A DNA stretch of 64,000 nucleotides from Octopus bimaculoides (Eukaryota). This document shows, in pieces, positions 50,244 to 63,327 of the stretch (position 1 is its first letter; every line of letters begins with the position of its first letter). The stretch covers positions 66,612,452 to 66,676,451 of the forward strand of contig NC_068986.1 in the NCBI RefSeq assembly GCF_001194135.2. Direction: 5' to 3'. Under the pieces are notes generated by a model. The model had not been told where the DNA came from, ran no database searches, and saw only the letters and a program-made list of their open reading frames with translations. The translations under genes and the position numbers were made by a program.

Positions 50244-53200
50244 TTATTGGAGTTGTGGATTTTAAAGTTAATTTCGCGCTGGTTAGTAATTTCTTAAGAA
50301 ATTTTGGTTGCCATTTGCTTTTATTTATTTTGAACGTTTCGAGTAAATTTCTCTCCCTTTAATAATGCTTTAATAATGGGATGTTTCGATGGAAAATATT
50401 GTATGTTCCTGTAATCTTTGGGTTATGTTTTATTATGCAACCTAGAGTATTTGGTGTATTGGAATATTTTATAATCTACATAGTTCTTGGATGTCTATTG
50501 TTCTGTATTCCATTATCAATTAACAATCCTGAATATTTTCTATTAGGTGATGTTTACTTTAGTTCCGGAAGTCTTTTAGTTCTCGTTTCCGAATTCAAAA
50601 CGATTGAACATATTATTTCTGCTAAAATGAATAGTATATTTGCTTTGGTGTGTTTAGAAAGTACTTTTGTGAATCTGTCGGTTTGTAGTGAGTGTTAGTT
50701 CCGATGGTTTTTATCCCTTTTTATAATAAAAATATCCAGGAATGGTAATTGGCTGTGATAGTATTCCATTGTGAAGTGTATATTTTTATCTATTTATTAA
50801 TTTATTAATTATTAATCTATTAATTTATTAAGTAGAGTTTTGAAATAATTAAATTAGTCAAGAGTATGAGTCCACAGAATGAGGCGGTCATCTAAGTAAT
50901 GTTTCCAGTTTTCTAATTTGCGAAAGTTGATGTCATATACTAGTTTAGTTTGTTCATGCATTCAAATCTCTATGTACGACTTGACAAAATTCGTTAATTA
51001 GAAGCATCCTTAGTTCTCATTACAGTCCCACATATCTGTTTGTAAATACAACCATTGAATTCGAAAAAAAATTCTGTTCTATTCAGTTTTAAAGCCAGGC
51101 TTCTATAACTTCTAGTCCATAGTCATGTTGGATAGTGGTATAGAGGTTTACTATATCAAATGATGTAATAATGGCAGTCTAGTCAACTGTTTTGGAAAGT
51201 GATTTAATAGGTTCAAGTCATTCCTTATAAATCTGGGTATTTGCTCAAAATGGGTTTCAGTTGTATGGTTGCAAATTTGCTGAGTTTGTGTGTTTCACAG
51301 TCTTAATTTAAGACCCCGCTCACAGAATCGTTAGCACGCCAGGCAAAAGGCTTAGCAGCATTTCGTTTGTCTTTACGTTCTGAGTTCAAATTCCGCCGAG
51401 GTCGACTTTGCTTTTCATCCACTAGGGTTGATGTAATCGACTTATCCCCTCCCTTGAAATTGCTGGCCTTGTGCTTAAATCTGAAATCAATTTAAGACTG
51501 TTCAAAGGCGGCAAGATGGCAGAACAGTTAGCGCACCACGAATAATGCTTAGTAGCAATTCATCCGTTTTACATTCTGAATTCAAATTCTGCTGACGTCG
51601 ACTTTGCCTTTCATTCCTTTGGGGGTGGATAAAATAAACGCCAGCTGAGCACTGACCTTGTGCTAATATCTAAGACCGCTTAGGTGGGGTATGTTGAGGT
51701 TTATACAGGCACCATATGTTGTTTTGCTCTTATGAATTTTGGAGAGTCCATATAAACTGCTGGTTTGCAAGGTAGTCATATTCCTTGTCTGTTAAACCTT
51801 TTCAGTGAAGAAGAATATGAGTACTAAGTTTATAATGATTTGTGATAATTGGTAATAATTTACCTTTTCATAACTGGTGATAAAATGACATTTTTGTAGT
51901 TGTAAGCATCCATAATGACTACAGTATTTCTCCTACCGACTTCTTTAATTACAATGTCATTGTAATTTTTGAATTTATGTACAATTTCCCATTCCTTTCG
52001 ACTGGTGTGAGATTTAGGAAGGTGAATATAAAACCACAAAATTAATTTTAATGTTTTGTTCCTACCTCTCAATTTGTGCAATTGATCCGTCATTAGTTTC
52101 CTTGTAAATTCTTTTGTTAGGTGTAATTTTCTACAGAAGTATGAGATATTGTTCCATATCTCATGCAAGTTGGCGTTGGAGTGAATTTTAAACTTTTTGA
52201 CAACTGTTTTAGAATTGTTGCATTGAAAAGATTTTGTAAAAAAAAACTTTCGGTTTCTCACATTCTGTTTATACAACTTGGTATTGTGAATTTTGTCGAC
52301 TGAGCCTAAAATAATGATTTTTTAGGGTTTGCCATGCAGTTTGTCTTTCTGCATTGGGTAATATTTCCTATATTTCTATTGAATTTTTCGTAGTGTTTGG
52401 GTTGGTTCTTAGATCCAGATTGTAGCTGGGCGTGTCCGAGCATGTTTTCGGGTTATAATGTCTGTTTGCTTATAATTGTTGGAATTCTCAGTTCTAGGTG
52501 ATATTTTATCTCGACGAAGAAACACTTTGGATTTTTCTAGAGGGATTGCCATTCTGTCTAAATATCCGGGAATTCATGTTATTGCTTTTGTATTTTTGAT
52601 AATGTAAGTTTGACCCTATACTTGTTTTGACATTTATGAATAAGATTCTGGATTTCAGTTTTCTTCAAGAATCAGTTATCCATGTAATAAATATTCTTTT
52701 TTTAACTCAGTTTCATAATTACTGAACCAATTATTATTTTCTTTCCATCTCTGAAGAGATGTTAACTCTTCATTTTGGCATTATTTCCTTCGAAGTTTGA
52801 TAAGGTCCTAATGTAGTTCGTATTCGGTCTTTTTTTAAAATTCCCACGTTCATTTGTTCGTCAGTTGATTTGAATTTTCGTTTATTAGGGTTCGCTCTTA
52901 ATCATAGCAATTTTGTTTCCCATTAAAATTTCTCTTGAGCCATCTTCCCGCTTAGATTTCTTTGCTGTTCAGGATCATTAGGAAGAGGTTTAATTTGCAA
53001 TTTCCTAGGAAGAAGAATCGGTGTTGAATTAATTCATTTTTCATATATCTCGGATTTGCTGTTATTTTTAACATATTCCAGAATGCAAATTTTCTGGTTA
53101 TGAGGTTTTGGTTCCAAGTCGTTGCAAATTGACATTATTTTCTTGTTTTATTTCCGACTTTTGTTCTGGATTCCTTAGCATTACAATCTCTATGGTTTTG

Positions 53201-53440
53201 TATAACTGATTTGATTAAACCCCGCTTGTTGGTTTTGATTTTCTCCTTCGTTGAGTTTTTGATATTTTTCCGTATTTCGTCAAATTTTCTACTTAGGATT
53301 GAGAGTTTGGAAGAGATCTCTTTTAGCTCCTTTAAGATTTCATCGTTGATTGCATCAACGTTTCTGTCAAGCTTTGGCGGCATTTTAGTTCCTCGCGTAG
53401 GGAGTATATACAAGAGAGCAGAAGAATATATAGAAGAGAA
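50244..53440 (-). mobile_element. Neptune-type Penelope element, 5'-intact, RT decayed, GIY-YIG missing
   Basis: Start MPPKLDRNVD (ATG 53383), FCRKLHL, EWEIVHKFKNYNDIVIKEVGRRNTVVIMD, LYGLSKIHK, SFDIVNLYT, WKHYLDDRLILW, HFTME..LPFLDI, YKPTDSQKY, KSKWQPKFLKKLLTSAK; cut at the transposon terminus. Confidence 0.9.
51315..51650 (+). mobile_element. Two family A SINEs inserted into the Neptune RT
   Basis: The first copy is flanked by a 10-bp TSD aatttaagac (51305-51314, 51489-51498); the second starts aggcggcaagatggcag at about 51506. Confidence 0.9.
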
Positions 53441-53771
53441 AAAGAAGTTGAAAACACGACTACATAAAATTTATTTTATAAAAATTTATATTCAATACTT
53501 TGAAGACATACTACTGAAACCCTTTCTGAAGCATATATCTAGCTTTATATGGTTTTCAGTATATTGTTTATTTGAAATGTATCTTTTTTCATTGTTTATT
53601 TAGAATATAATCTTTTTCTCGGAGCTCGAATTTAGAAAAAAGAATACATTTAAAATAAACAATGTACTCTACATCATATACTGAGCACTCTCATTCACTT
53701 TCAACAACAAATTGTAACATTAGAATGTATGTATGTATATATGTATATATGTATATATGTGTGTATATCTA

Positions 53772-53854
<83 letters not shown>

Positions 53855-53931
53855 GTCTGTCTGTCTGTCTGTCTATATATCTATATATACGTATACATAT
53901 ATGTACATATATATACCCACGCATGCATGCA

Positions 53932-53988
<57 letters not shown>

Positions 53989-54299
53989 ACGTACATATGC
54001 GTGTATATATATATTTATATATATAGCAATAAGAAAATGGAGGGGAATATGAGGTACCCATCAACTTGCAGACACTGTATTCCGTTGATTAATCTGTATA
54101 TTTTATAACTNNNNNNNNNNATATAGCAATAAGAAAATGGAGGGGAATATGAGGTACCCATCAACTTGCAGACACTGTATTCCGTTGATTAATCTGTATA
54201 TTTTATAACTAAATTGACAAAAAACACAATATACAGACACTTATGACATACCATATCATATCAACAATTAAGATTTCAAATTTAAAGGACATTTAGCAA

Positions 54300-54530
54300 T
54301 TGGAGAAGGGGCAAAAACTTACAGCTGTTTCGGCCTAGCGTTGGTATGCCCCATTCTATCTCTATAGCTCCCGTACGCTGCGGGAGCTATAGAGATAGAA
54401 TAACTCCCTTTTACCCGCATCCACTTATTGCACTTGGTATAACACTAGTGTAACAATAATTGGGTACCCTCCCAGCAGTATATTGGATAGATACTATCCC
54501 TTAGTGGGCTGGATCTTCAACCCCTACTCT
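54300..54530 (-). ncRNA. Degenerate hammerhead-like motif with about 180-nt loop 2 containing a perfect 21-bp hairpin
   Basis: Minus strand: gggg-TTGAAGA-tccagcc...aggcC-GAAA-CAGCTG-TA; palindromic stem III ACAGCTGT; hairpin arms 54353-54373 and 54381-54401. Confidence 0.5.
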
Positions 54531-54559
54531 CTTGGATTATATTTATATATATGTATTCT

Positions 54560-54750
54560 TTTATTCTTTTATTTGTTTCAGTCATTTGACGGAGTAGAGC
54601 CTTTAGTCGAGCAAACGACCCCAGGACTTGTTCTTTGTAAGCCTAATACTTATTCTATCGGTCTCTTTTTGCCGAACCGCTAGGTTACGGGAACGTGAAA
54701 CAGACCAGCATCGGTTATACATATACCAATTGCAGGTCGGGACAAGGCAT
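54560..54750 (-). mobile_element. Family B SINE 3' half
   Basis: tttatttgtttcagtcatttgac..gaccccaggactt.ttctttgtaagcct.atacttattctatcggtctcttttgccgaaccgcta. Confidence 0.85.
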
Positions 54751-55255
54751 TTCGTTAATCAACCATAACATACTATCGAGTATATTAAAGGCTTATAAGT
54801 CAATACTGTGACGTACCTGTGTTAGCAGTGCTGTTCAATGACTTTTTAATGTTATTTCTATAGATTCCATATAGAAACTAGAACCACTTCTAGTTCCTAT
54901 AGAAAATCTGTAGAGATAACTTTGAAAATTATATATATATATATATATATNNNNNNNNNNNNNNNNNNNNNNNNNNNNNNNNNNNNNNNNNNNNNNNNNN
55001 NNNNNNNNNNNNNNNNNNNNNNNNNNNNNNNNNNNNNNNNNNNNNNNNNNNNNNNNNNNNNNNNNNNNNNNNNNNNNNNNNNNNNNNNNNNNNNNNNNNN
55101 NNNNNNNNNNNNNNNNNNNNNNNNNNNNNNNNNNNNNNNNNNNNNNNNNNNNNNNNNNNNNNNNNNNNNNNNNNNNNNNNNNNNNNNNNNNNNNNNNNNN
55201 NNNNNNNNNNNNNNNNNNNNNNNNNNNNNNNNNNNNNNNNNNNNNNNNNNNNNNN

Positions 55256-55330
<75 letters not shown>

Positions 55331-55799
55331 TATATATATGTATGCATGTATGTATGTATATATGTGTGTATGTATGTATGTATATATGTATGTATGTATG
55401 TATGCATGCATGCTTGTATGTATGTACGTATGTATGTATGTATCTATCAATGTATCTATCCATCTCTCCTGGTGCTATATGAACATTTATTGTGGTTTTA
55501 GAGTCAAGCTTTGACTGCTATTTTCAGCGTGGTGGCGTCTCTTAGATACCCTAAATTATAATTTTAAATAATTATTACCTTTGATGGTTTTTATTCCCAT
55601 GCTGGCCACTTGATAAAATCAATATTTTAGATATTGATCTTATCCTCATATATATAAATTTATATATGCATGCATTTATATAGGAAAATAAGTTTTCCTC
55701 ATGAGTATAAGTATAATGAAAAGAAAAAAAAATTGGAAAAGCAATTACAGAAAATTCACTTCACGAAAATTTATATACGAGTACTTAACTAGTTTCACA

Positions 55800-56050
55800 A
55801 TTTTTTTGATTATCAAAAAGTAATAGAATATGAAAAGTTTTATCACAGAAGTTTTGCGTGTCAGTTCTTCTCTTAAAGATTTATTAACAACGTATTCTGC
55901 CTTTAGATTTTGAGTATTATCATGCCGACGTAAAATGGTCTGTTAGTTTTTCAATCCTTTGATGGCATAAGTACTTAATTTAGAAATTCCGTTTTTTGTC
56001 TATGATTTTATCGAAGATTTTCAAAGAACGCGTTACTTTTTCGGATTTTA
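55800..56050 (-). mobile_element. Solo Neptune-type 3' end / pseudo-LTR, homologous to 46885-47095
   Basis: aaagttttatcaca.aagttt..cagttcttctctt.aagattt..ggtctgttag..tcctttgatgg..aattccgttt..gattttat.gaagattt shared by both loci. Confidence 0.7.
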
Positions 56051-56119
56051 GTTAGAGACCTGTTACATGTTTGTACCATATTTATCAGTTCAAAATCATG
56101 CCCTATAAAGCTAGATATA

Positions 56120-56320
56120 CGAGGGAATGCCGAAATGTTCCTGGCTTTAGGTAAAAAAATACAGGAGGATCAGTTGATTATGATTTTATTTAACATATTT
56201 CCATCTCAGTACAGTGGTCCTTCAGTTTTTCTAAGCCCTGTAAAAGAAAGAGGAAGGTTGGTCCTCCAGTCAAACCTTTTGCAATACCCTTAAAGCCAGG
56301 AACTTTTCAGAACACCCTCG
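56120..56320. mobile_element. Mariner-type MITE
   Basis: 30-bp TIRs cgagggaatgccgaaatgttcctggcttta and taaagccaggaacttttcagaacaccctcg, with TA on both sides. Confidence 0.9.
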
Positions 56321-59300
56321 TATACTTCAGAAATTGTTTCAACAGTATGTGTACAAAAGTTTTAGTCATTTGACTAAAAACTGCTCGAGACGATGCACCA
56401 ACATGGTTGCTGTCTAATGACTGAAACAAAGGAAAGATAAAAGATAAAGATAAAAAAGTTATTTTGTAATGTCTGTATGAAGAGGGTAAAGTCTAATCTC
56501 TTGTATTACTTTTTTTACTTACGTGTTTATAGGCTCACGTTTAAAAACATACATATAAGTGTGAAATACTGTACCGTTTCGTCTCTTTATTTCGAGTGTT
56601 ATCCATGAAATTGCTCAAGTAGTTATTAAAAGAAATAAATACTGTCTATGACATAAGTCTATATGAAATCGATGAACAGATTCACTGAACTCAAAACACT
56701 ATACACAGCAATTATAAAACAGAATATCAGCAAACACATACACACACGCACGCACACACGCGCACACACACATGCATACATACGCACACATACGTACATA
56801 CGCATGCACTCACGCACTCATGTAGACGTTTCAAAAAATTTCATCCACGGTAACGTTTACTTATCTACAGTTTCTTCTCAAAACAATGATGATTCGCCCA
56901 CTTTGTTAAAATATCAATTATTTATTATTTGGACTTGAGCCTAAAGTCTTCGCAACTTCACTTGTGGATCTTGATTCACATTGAGTTAATGACCAGCGTG
57001 TCTGGCTAGTGACCTAACCTTCTGAAAGACCTCTAGTTGATATTTGGATGAAACAATTTTCATTGCAGAAATTTTCAGCAATAAGTCTATATAAAAAAAC
57101 GCAATCGCAGCGTCATGCATTTAAAGTTTAAAAAAGAAAATGTTATAAATTTTTCGTGATTTAAGAGGATGTATTGATATTCTGAAAATTATTTATATTA
57201 ATAGTAGTGGATGCCGCTGCAGATTTTGAGGAGTGACAGCAACGCCAATGAGTGTTTGTTTTGGATGATTTACAGTATCTGACTGCAAACATCTGATTTC
57301 GAATCCTCGCAGCCCAGATTTTGTTTTCATCCCTTTGAAGTGAGTGAAATAAATACTAATAATATGTAAGATATTCGCTTTCAGTTGACTTGCATTAACA
57401 CCTATTCTTGAAATATTTGTGAATATTTGGTGATGTAAGAAAATATTGGTTTCTACGTTTTGGCACAAGGCCAGCAATNNNNNNNNNNTAAGTTGGTTGC
57501 ATCGACCCTATTGATCAACTGATACTTATTTTATGACTCTCCCCCACAAAAATGATAAGTAACGTCAACCTCGGCTCTAAGCATATTGTACGTTGTGCTA
57601 ACGATTCTGCCAGCTCGCTGCTTTATGATGCAAGAAAACATTGGCGTTCTTTACTTACTGAAACACACTGAAAGTGTTTAATAATTTCATTTTCGCTTCG
57701 CAAATGAAAGTATCAGGGATTTTTCGTTGATTAAAGTAAGTAACTGACAGTTGAGCGCTAGTCAGATCCATTAAATATATGCTCCAGCATGGCCATACTC
57801 TTAGGGCTGAAACGTATAAAAGAATACATTCATAATTAACCTGAGCAAATGAAAGTTATTGACAAAAGAAGTGTATAGCATGTTCATAGAAGAGAGTTAA
57901 AGCGATTGGAACAAATAAAAGTCATACAATTACATCCGAGGGAAAGATATAAAGCTTACTGAAGACATTAATAACGGATACTTTCTTTTGTGAAAAGAAA
58001 ATGAAATTATTCAGGAAAAATTTTAGTCTTCAATATATATGACAATAGTACTGAAGAGTCTAGAATTCAGTCTCAGATCAAAGGACCCTTAATTGGCCCT
58101 GATTCCGAACTGCATAGCAATTTATCTCAATCTAGACTCATTGAACATAAGCCTTTTCAACCAAGTGTGTATCTTACTCAACTGTAATGCTTTATCGCCA
58201 CCATTATGGTGACGATCAACTTTTGTATCATCATAAAATCTCCAGTATTGCAAATAGAGATAATAGTAAATTAAATGAATGCAATTTCTTTTGTATTTGA
58301 AATAAATAGATATTGTAGTAGCAATGGTTCTATTAAGTTATTACCGCTTTGAGTTTTGATGACATACTATAGTTAATAACTTTCAAAGTCTCTCTAGCCT
58401 TGAGCATCAAACAACTGAAGTCCCCAATGTCTAGCAACATGTCAGGCCAGGGATGTCAAATATACAGCTCACGGCAAAGTCTAGCTCCTGGCTGAATGCA
58501 ATAAAGTAGACGTCCATCACTCCTAGGATTTGGAGTGAGTTGTCACGCCTGTCTATGACTTTCAGGTATTCTAACACCCGGCGCTTTGAGAAAGTCATCG
58601 CCACCGCGTCGTATCACGGCTTACTGGTAAACAAGCAAAGCACAAACATTGAGTATGTGTGTTCGATAATGTTTACAACACTAGAGCTGCTTCTAATTAA
58701 TATTTGAATTTAGAACTTTATATTTTTAAATATTAAAATATATTATATTATATATTATATTATATATTAAAATATATTATAAAATGTATAAAACTAGCAT
58801 GCGTTCGTATTCGGAGTCCAGTAAGAGTCATGATTAACACTAGTTTCAATAAGATAGTTTAGTGCCCCCTAGGATATCTGTTATGTTATCCAATGAAAAG
58901 TATCTTATGAATCCATATACTAAAAGATGTGATCTATTTCCATTTTACTTTGTCTCTGTACATATCGAACCCAACGAAATTTCTTTTTCAAATGTACGCA
59001 CATGTTCGAACGAATGCATCCTAGTGATATGGGCAATGTTGAAAAGTATTGCAATTGAAACAGCGCAAACTTTTCATCGAGCATTGGTCGTCTCAAGATC
59101 TGTATGCATTCATTTGGACAATTTCTTTCTCCATTCTCACTCTAAGGACGCTTTCTGATTTTGGTACAAGGAAAGTAATTTTAAGGAGAGCGGGCAAGTC
59201 GATTCCATCGACTCCAGTACTTCACTGACAACATGGAGAAATTTTGTTAACACTTCATAATCTTACGTTTCCTTATGTTAATAAAGTTATAATGTATATT

Positions 59301-59569
59301 GACCCCTTTATCCAATTATTTTGGCCTATATTAGGAAAAAAGGTTTTAGGAATAATTGACCCCTATCCAGCTCACGAGTTCTATCTAGTTTTTACTTCAA
59401 TCCAGCCCGCAAAGACAGATGAGTTTAATAGTGTTGTACTACACCTTAATCACTGATTACATCGAATGGAAGTCTCACGTTCAAAAAGTAGCAAAACCTG
59501 CGTCCCAACGATGTGTCAACATCTTCACGGACGGTAAAAAATAATTCTGTTTTGAATAATTCCTGTCTC

Positions 59570-59895
59570 ATTATAAAGATCAAGTGATACTCATTATACA
59601 ATACTGCTCCCATGTCTGCGATAGTGTTGTTGCTACATATAAGATAATCTTAGATCATATCTAAAAGGACTGCAAAAATATTTCAACCTTTAACCCGCAT
59701 ATACGCTGAATCACCACTTTTACACTTCTACCGTCGCTATAACGATTTCTCTGATTTCAAATCACCTCCTTCAAAGTCCACATGGCACACTCGTCTGTTT
59801 TCCTTTCTCCTAGACCCCACATTTAACATTTTCCCTTAATCCTTTCAGCCCAGAACATTAAACCTCTTAAATTTCTTAACTCCTAATCTTTTCTT
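59570..59895 (+). mobile_element. CR1/Zenon-like LINE 3' fragment, decayed
   Basis: LLHFYRRYN, PPSKSTWHTRL, SFQPRTLNLLNFL resemble the CR1-Zenon C-terminus (SLFYRYY..TR..SF.PRT..LWN.LP). Confidence 0.5.
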
Positions 59896-60220
59896 TACCT
59901 TCTGAGTTCAAATTTCACCGTGGTTGACTTTACTTTTCATCTCTTTCGGGGTTGATGAAATAAGTACCAGTTGAGAACTAGGGCTGATGTAATCGACTTA
60001 ACCCGAATTTCCTGGCCTTGTGCCAAAATTTGAAACCAATATCAATATCTAACGTAGACACATGACTTCAAATTTATGAGATGGGTACAGTCAATTATAT
60101 CGACGTATTTATTTTATTGAATCCGAAAGGATGAAAGGCAGAATCGACTCTGTGAGATTTGAACTTCAAGTATAAGGTATGTGAGCAAATGCATTTTGTT
60201 CGCGGCTCTACCAAATCTAC
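59895..60220. mobile_element. Two family A SINE fragments in opposite orientation
   Basis: Plus copy ttctgagttcaaatttcaccg...ccaaaatttgaaacc (59900-60038); minus copy atcgac..ccgaaaggatgaaaggcagaatcgactc (60100-60220). Confidence 0.8.
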
Positions 60221-61217
60221 TAATATTGATTTACTACATGGTAAACTAGCGCAGCAAAGAATGAATTGTTTTGGCTGTATACAGAAGAGAAATGTTAGCT
60301 ATCGACAAGATACGATTTGGGGTCCATTTAGTATAAGTAGGCAGAAACCCCTTCCATAGCAGCCAGCTAATTCTCCTTGGCTCAATAGGTAGCTAACATC
60401 TTATTCTGCACCATCCGCTACCTCGTTCTAGATAATTATGTAGCAGAAAGGGGGTTAAACATAATTTCTATATTTACCAATAACGCGTGATTTTCATTAT
60501 CGCTTATATTTCCTTATTTTCAAGATTCAAATTATTTCATAAAACCCTTTAGCAACATTATTTACAGAACATTCGATTTTTTTCCGCATCAATGGGAAGC
60601 ATTAATATGAATAATATATATATTTTCTTTTCGAATTTTTCATAAAGTTTTTGTGTACAATTAAGGTTTCGTTCTGATGTTTTCTCTACCAGTTAAGCAA
60701 TTTCTACCAGTTATCGAAATGTGTATATATGTATATTTGTATAATTAGGATTTTAGTTTTTGTATTTTCAACATTACCTCCCAATATCAAAGAACACCCA
60801 TTCATCACACCAATGCTTGACTTTCAACAGCAGATTCTGGCGTGTATCCAAACTGCCTTTTCGAGAAACTTTGCCAAGAAAAATCTTATTTTTCACGAAA
60901 TAAATGTAATAAAGAAATAAACGAAAAAAAAAAAAAGATACAAAGGTATAGAAATAAAATAGTTAAAGAAGAAGGGTAAAAAATACAGAAAGTGAATGAG
61001 TGGGGTGGGAAAGAGAAAGAGAGCGACTATTGAACTTGAAGTGTAAACATAAATTTAATTATAACATTATATTTCTATCGGAGATTCCCTATATTGCATA
61101 TCAGTATTGGTCGTGTTAAAGTGGTAATATGTGTGTGTGTGTGTGTGTAGGCGCGTGTGTGTGAACATGCGCATGTACTTATGTGAGTGTGTGCATGCGT
61201 TCGGGTGCAGTTATGTG

Positions 61218-61296
<79 letters not shown>

Positions 61297-61447
61297 ACCG
61301 CTAGCGCACATGCGAATCTGTACGTGTGCGTGAATGTATGTCTGTGTGTGCTTATGTGTGCAAGCAATATTGGATTCNNNNNNNNNNTTATGTGTGCAAG
61401 CAATATTGGATTCCTGAGAGTAATTCTATTAACGTCGGTATGTGCAG

Positions 61448-61534
<87 letters not shown>

Positions 61535-61750
61535 GAAATGGCAGAGTCGAATAGATGCCTTATGGTATATTTTCAGGCTTCGGTGCTCTGAGTTCAAATC
61601 ACGTCGATATCAACATTCCGTCGACGTCAAGATTAGCGGATCTATTAAGCGTCAGACAAGTTGTCTTACGATATGCCTCTGTTCTTCATGTCCAGAGTTC
61701 AAAAGAGGCCGCCTTTAACCGTCCTGTCGTAATGGGGTTCGGAGCCCGGC

Positions 61751-61784
<34 letters not shown>

Positions 61785-61796
61785 TCTTACCCTCTG

Positions 61797-61834
<38 letters not shown>

Positions 61835-62064
61835 TTTCATTATATATAATGTATATATTCATATATGTACATATAAACATATGTATATAAATACATTTAT
61901 ATATATATATATATATANNNNNNNNNNNNNNNNNNNNNNNNNNNNNNNNNNNNNNNNNNNNNNNNNNNNNNNNNNNNNNNNNNNNNNNNNNNNNNNNNNN
62001 NNNNNNNNNNNNNNNNNNNNNNNNNNNNNNNNNNNNNNNNNNNNNNNNNNNNNNNNNATATATA

Positions 62065-62432
62065 TGCGTGGTGCTCCGTCGGCTACGACGACGAAGGTTC
62101 CAGTTGATCCAATCAACGGAATAGCCTGCTCGTGAAATTAACGTGAAAGTGACTGAGCACTCCACAGACACATGTGTCCCTAACGTAGTTCTCGGGGAGA
62201 TTCAGCGTGACACAGAGTGTGACAAGGCTGGCCCTTTGAAATATAGGCACAACAGAAACAGGAAGAAAGAGTGAGAGAAAGTTGTGGTGAAAGTGTACAG
62301 CAGGGTTCACATCCTCCTGCCGGAGCCTCGTGGACCTTTTAGGTGTTTTCGCTCAATAAACACTCACAACGCCCGGTCTGGGAATCGAAACCGCGATTCT
62401 ACTGCCTAACCGCTGGGCCATTGCGCCTCCAC
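62065..62432 (-). mobile_element. tRNA-headed SINE (family C), full length
   Basis: Minus strand head gtggaggcgcaatggcccagcggttaggcagtag..cgcggtttcgattcccagaccgggcgttg; body ends cgtagccgacggagcaccacgca then (TA)n. Confidence 0.85.
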
Positions 62433-62645
62433 TTATATATATAATAATGACAATAATTCTAGGATGGAATTTATAAATATTTAATACATCACTACACGCG
62501 TTCTACAAATCAAAAGATTTTAACATCACAGTCGGTATCCTTGGGATTAGTACAGTATAGTCCGTATTATCCGTGGGCATCGGGTTGATCATCATCATTG
62601 ATTCATTTCATCAGGCGATACTTCATTACTGGATGAATCACAGAT

Positions 62646-62678
<33 letters not shown>

Positions 62679-63296
62679 CACCACTATAACTTCGCTTTGT
62701 CCGAGGCAGGATATGATCATGGAATTACTTTTCTTAACCCTAAAAGTATAACACCTACTAATAATAGAAATAATGAGATTTTAAGTGAGACGGGGAATAC
62801 AGGCTTACTTGGTCGGGAAAGCAAACCTACTATGAAAGCATTCAACAAACCCATCAATTTAAATAAAAAGATAAGCAACAATAGGAAATTAGATGCTATA
62901 ACCAGTAGGAATATTTGTTTATATAATAAAGGTAGCGAGGCGACTGGGCGGATTATGCCATCCTCTCATGATAAGACAAATACTGATAACATAGCCATAC
63001 CTAATAATCAAGTCACGATTTTGGGAAGCGTTGAAAGAGCAGGTAGATTCCGCTCTTACATACGTAAGAGGTCTGAAAATAATGATTTAGTCTGGTTTAA
63101 TGTTCCCTTCAACTGTGCCATATTCACAAACATATATAAGAAATTTATGGCAATTTTAGAAAAAAACTTCCCAGCTTCCCATAGATATAATAGAATATTT
63201 TCCCGTAAGACAGTTAGAATTTCGTATTCTACCCTCCCCAATATGGGTACCATCATAGCCAGGTTAAAGAGAAAGAATATAAAATCGGCAAGAGGG

Positions 63297-63327
<31 letters not shown>

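Noticed and set aside
54021-54210. Exact 90-bp direct repeat
   Set aside because: The two copies flank a 10-N gap; typical unmerged contig overlap.
61352-61413. Exact 26-bp direct repeat
   Set aside because: Also flanks a 10-N gap; assembly artefact.
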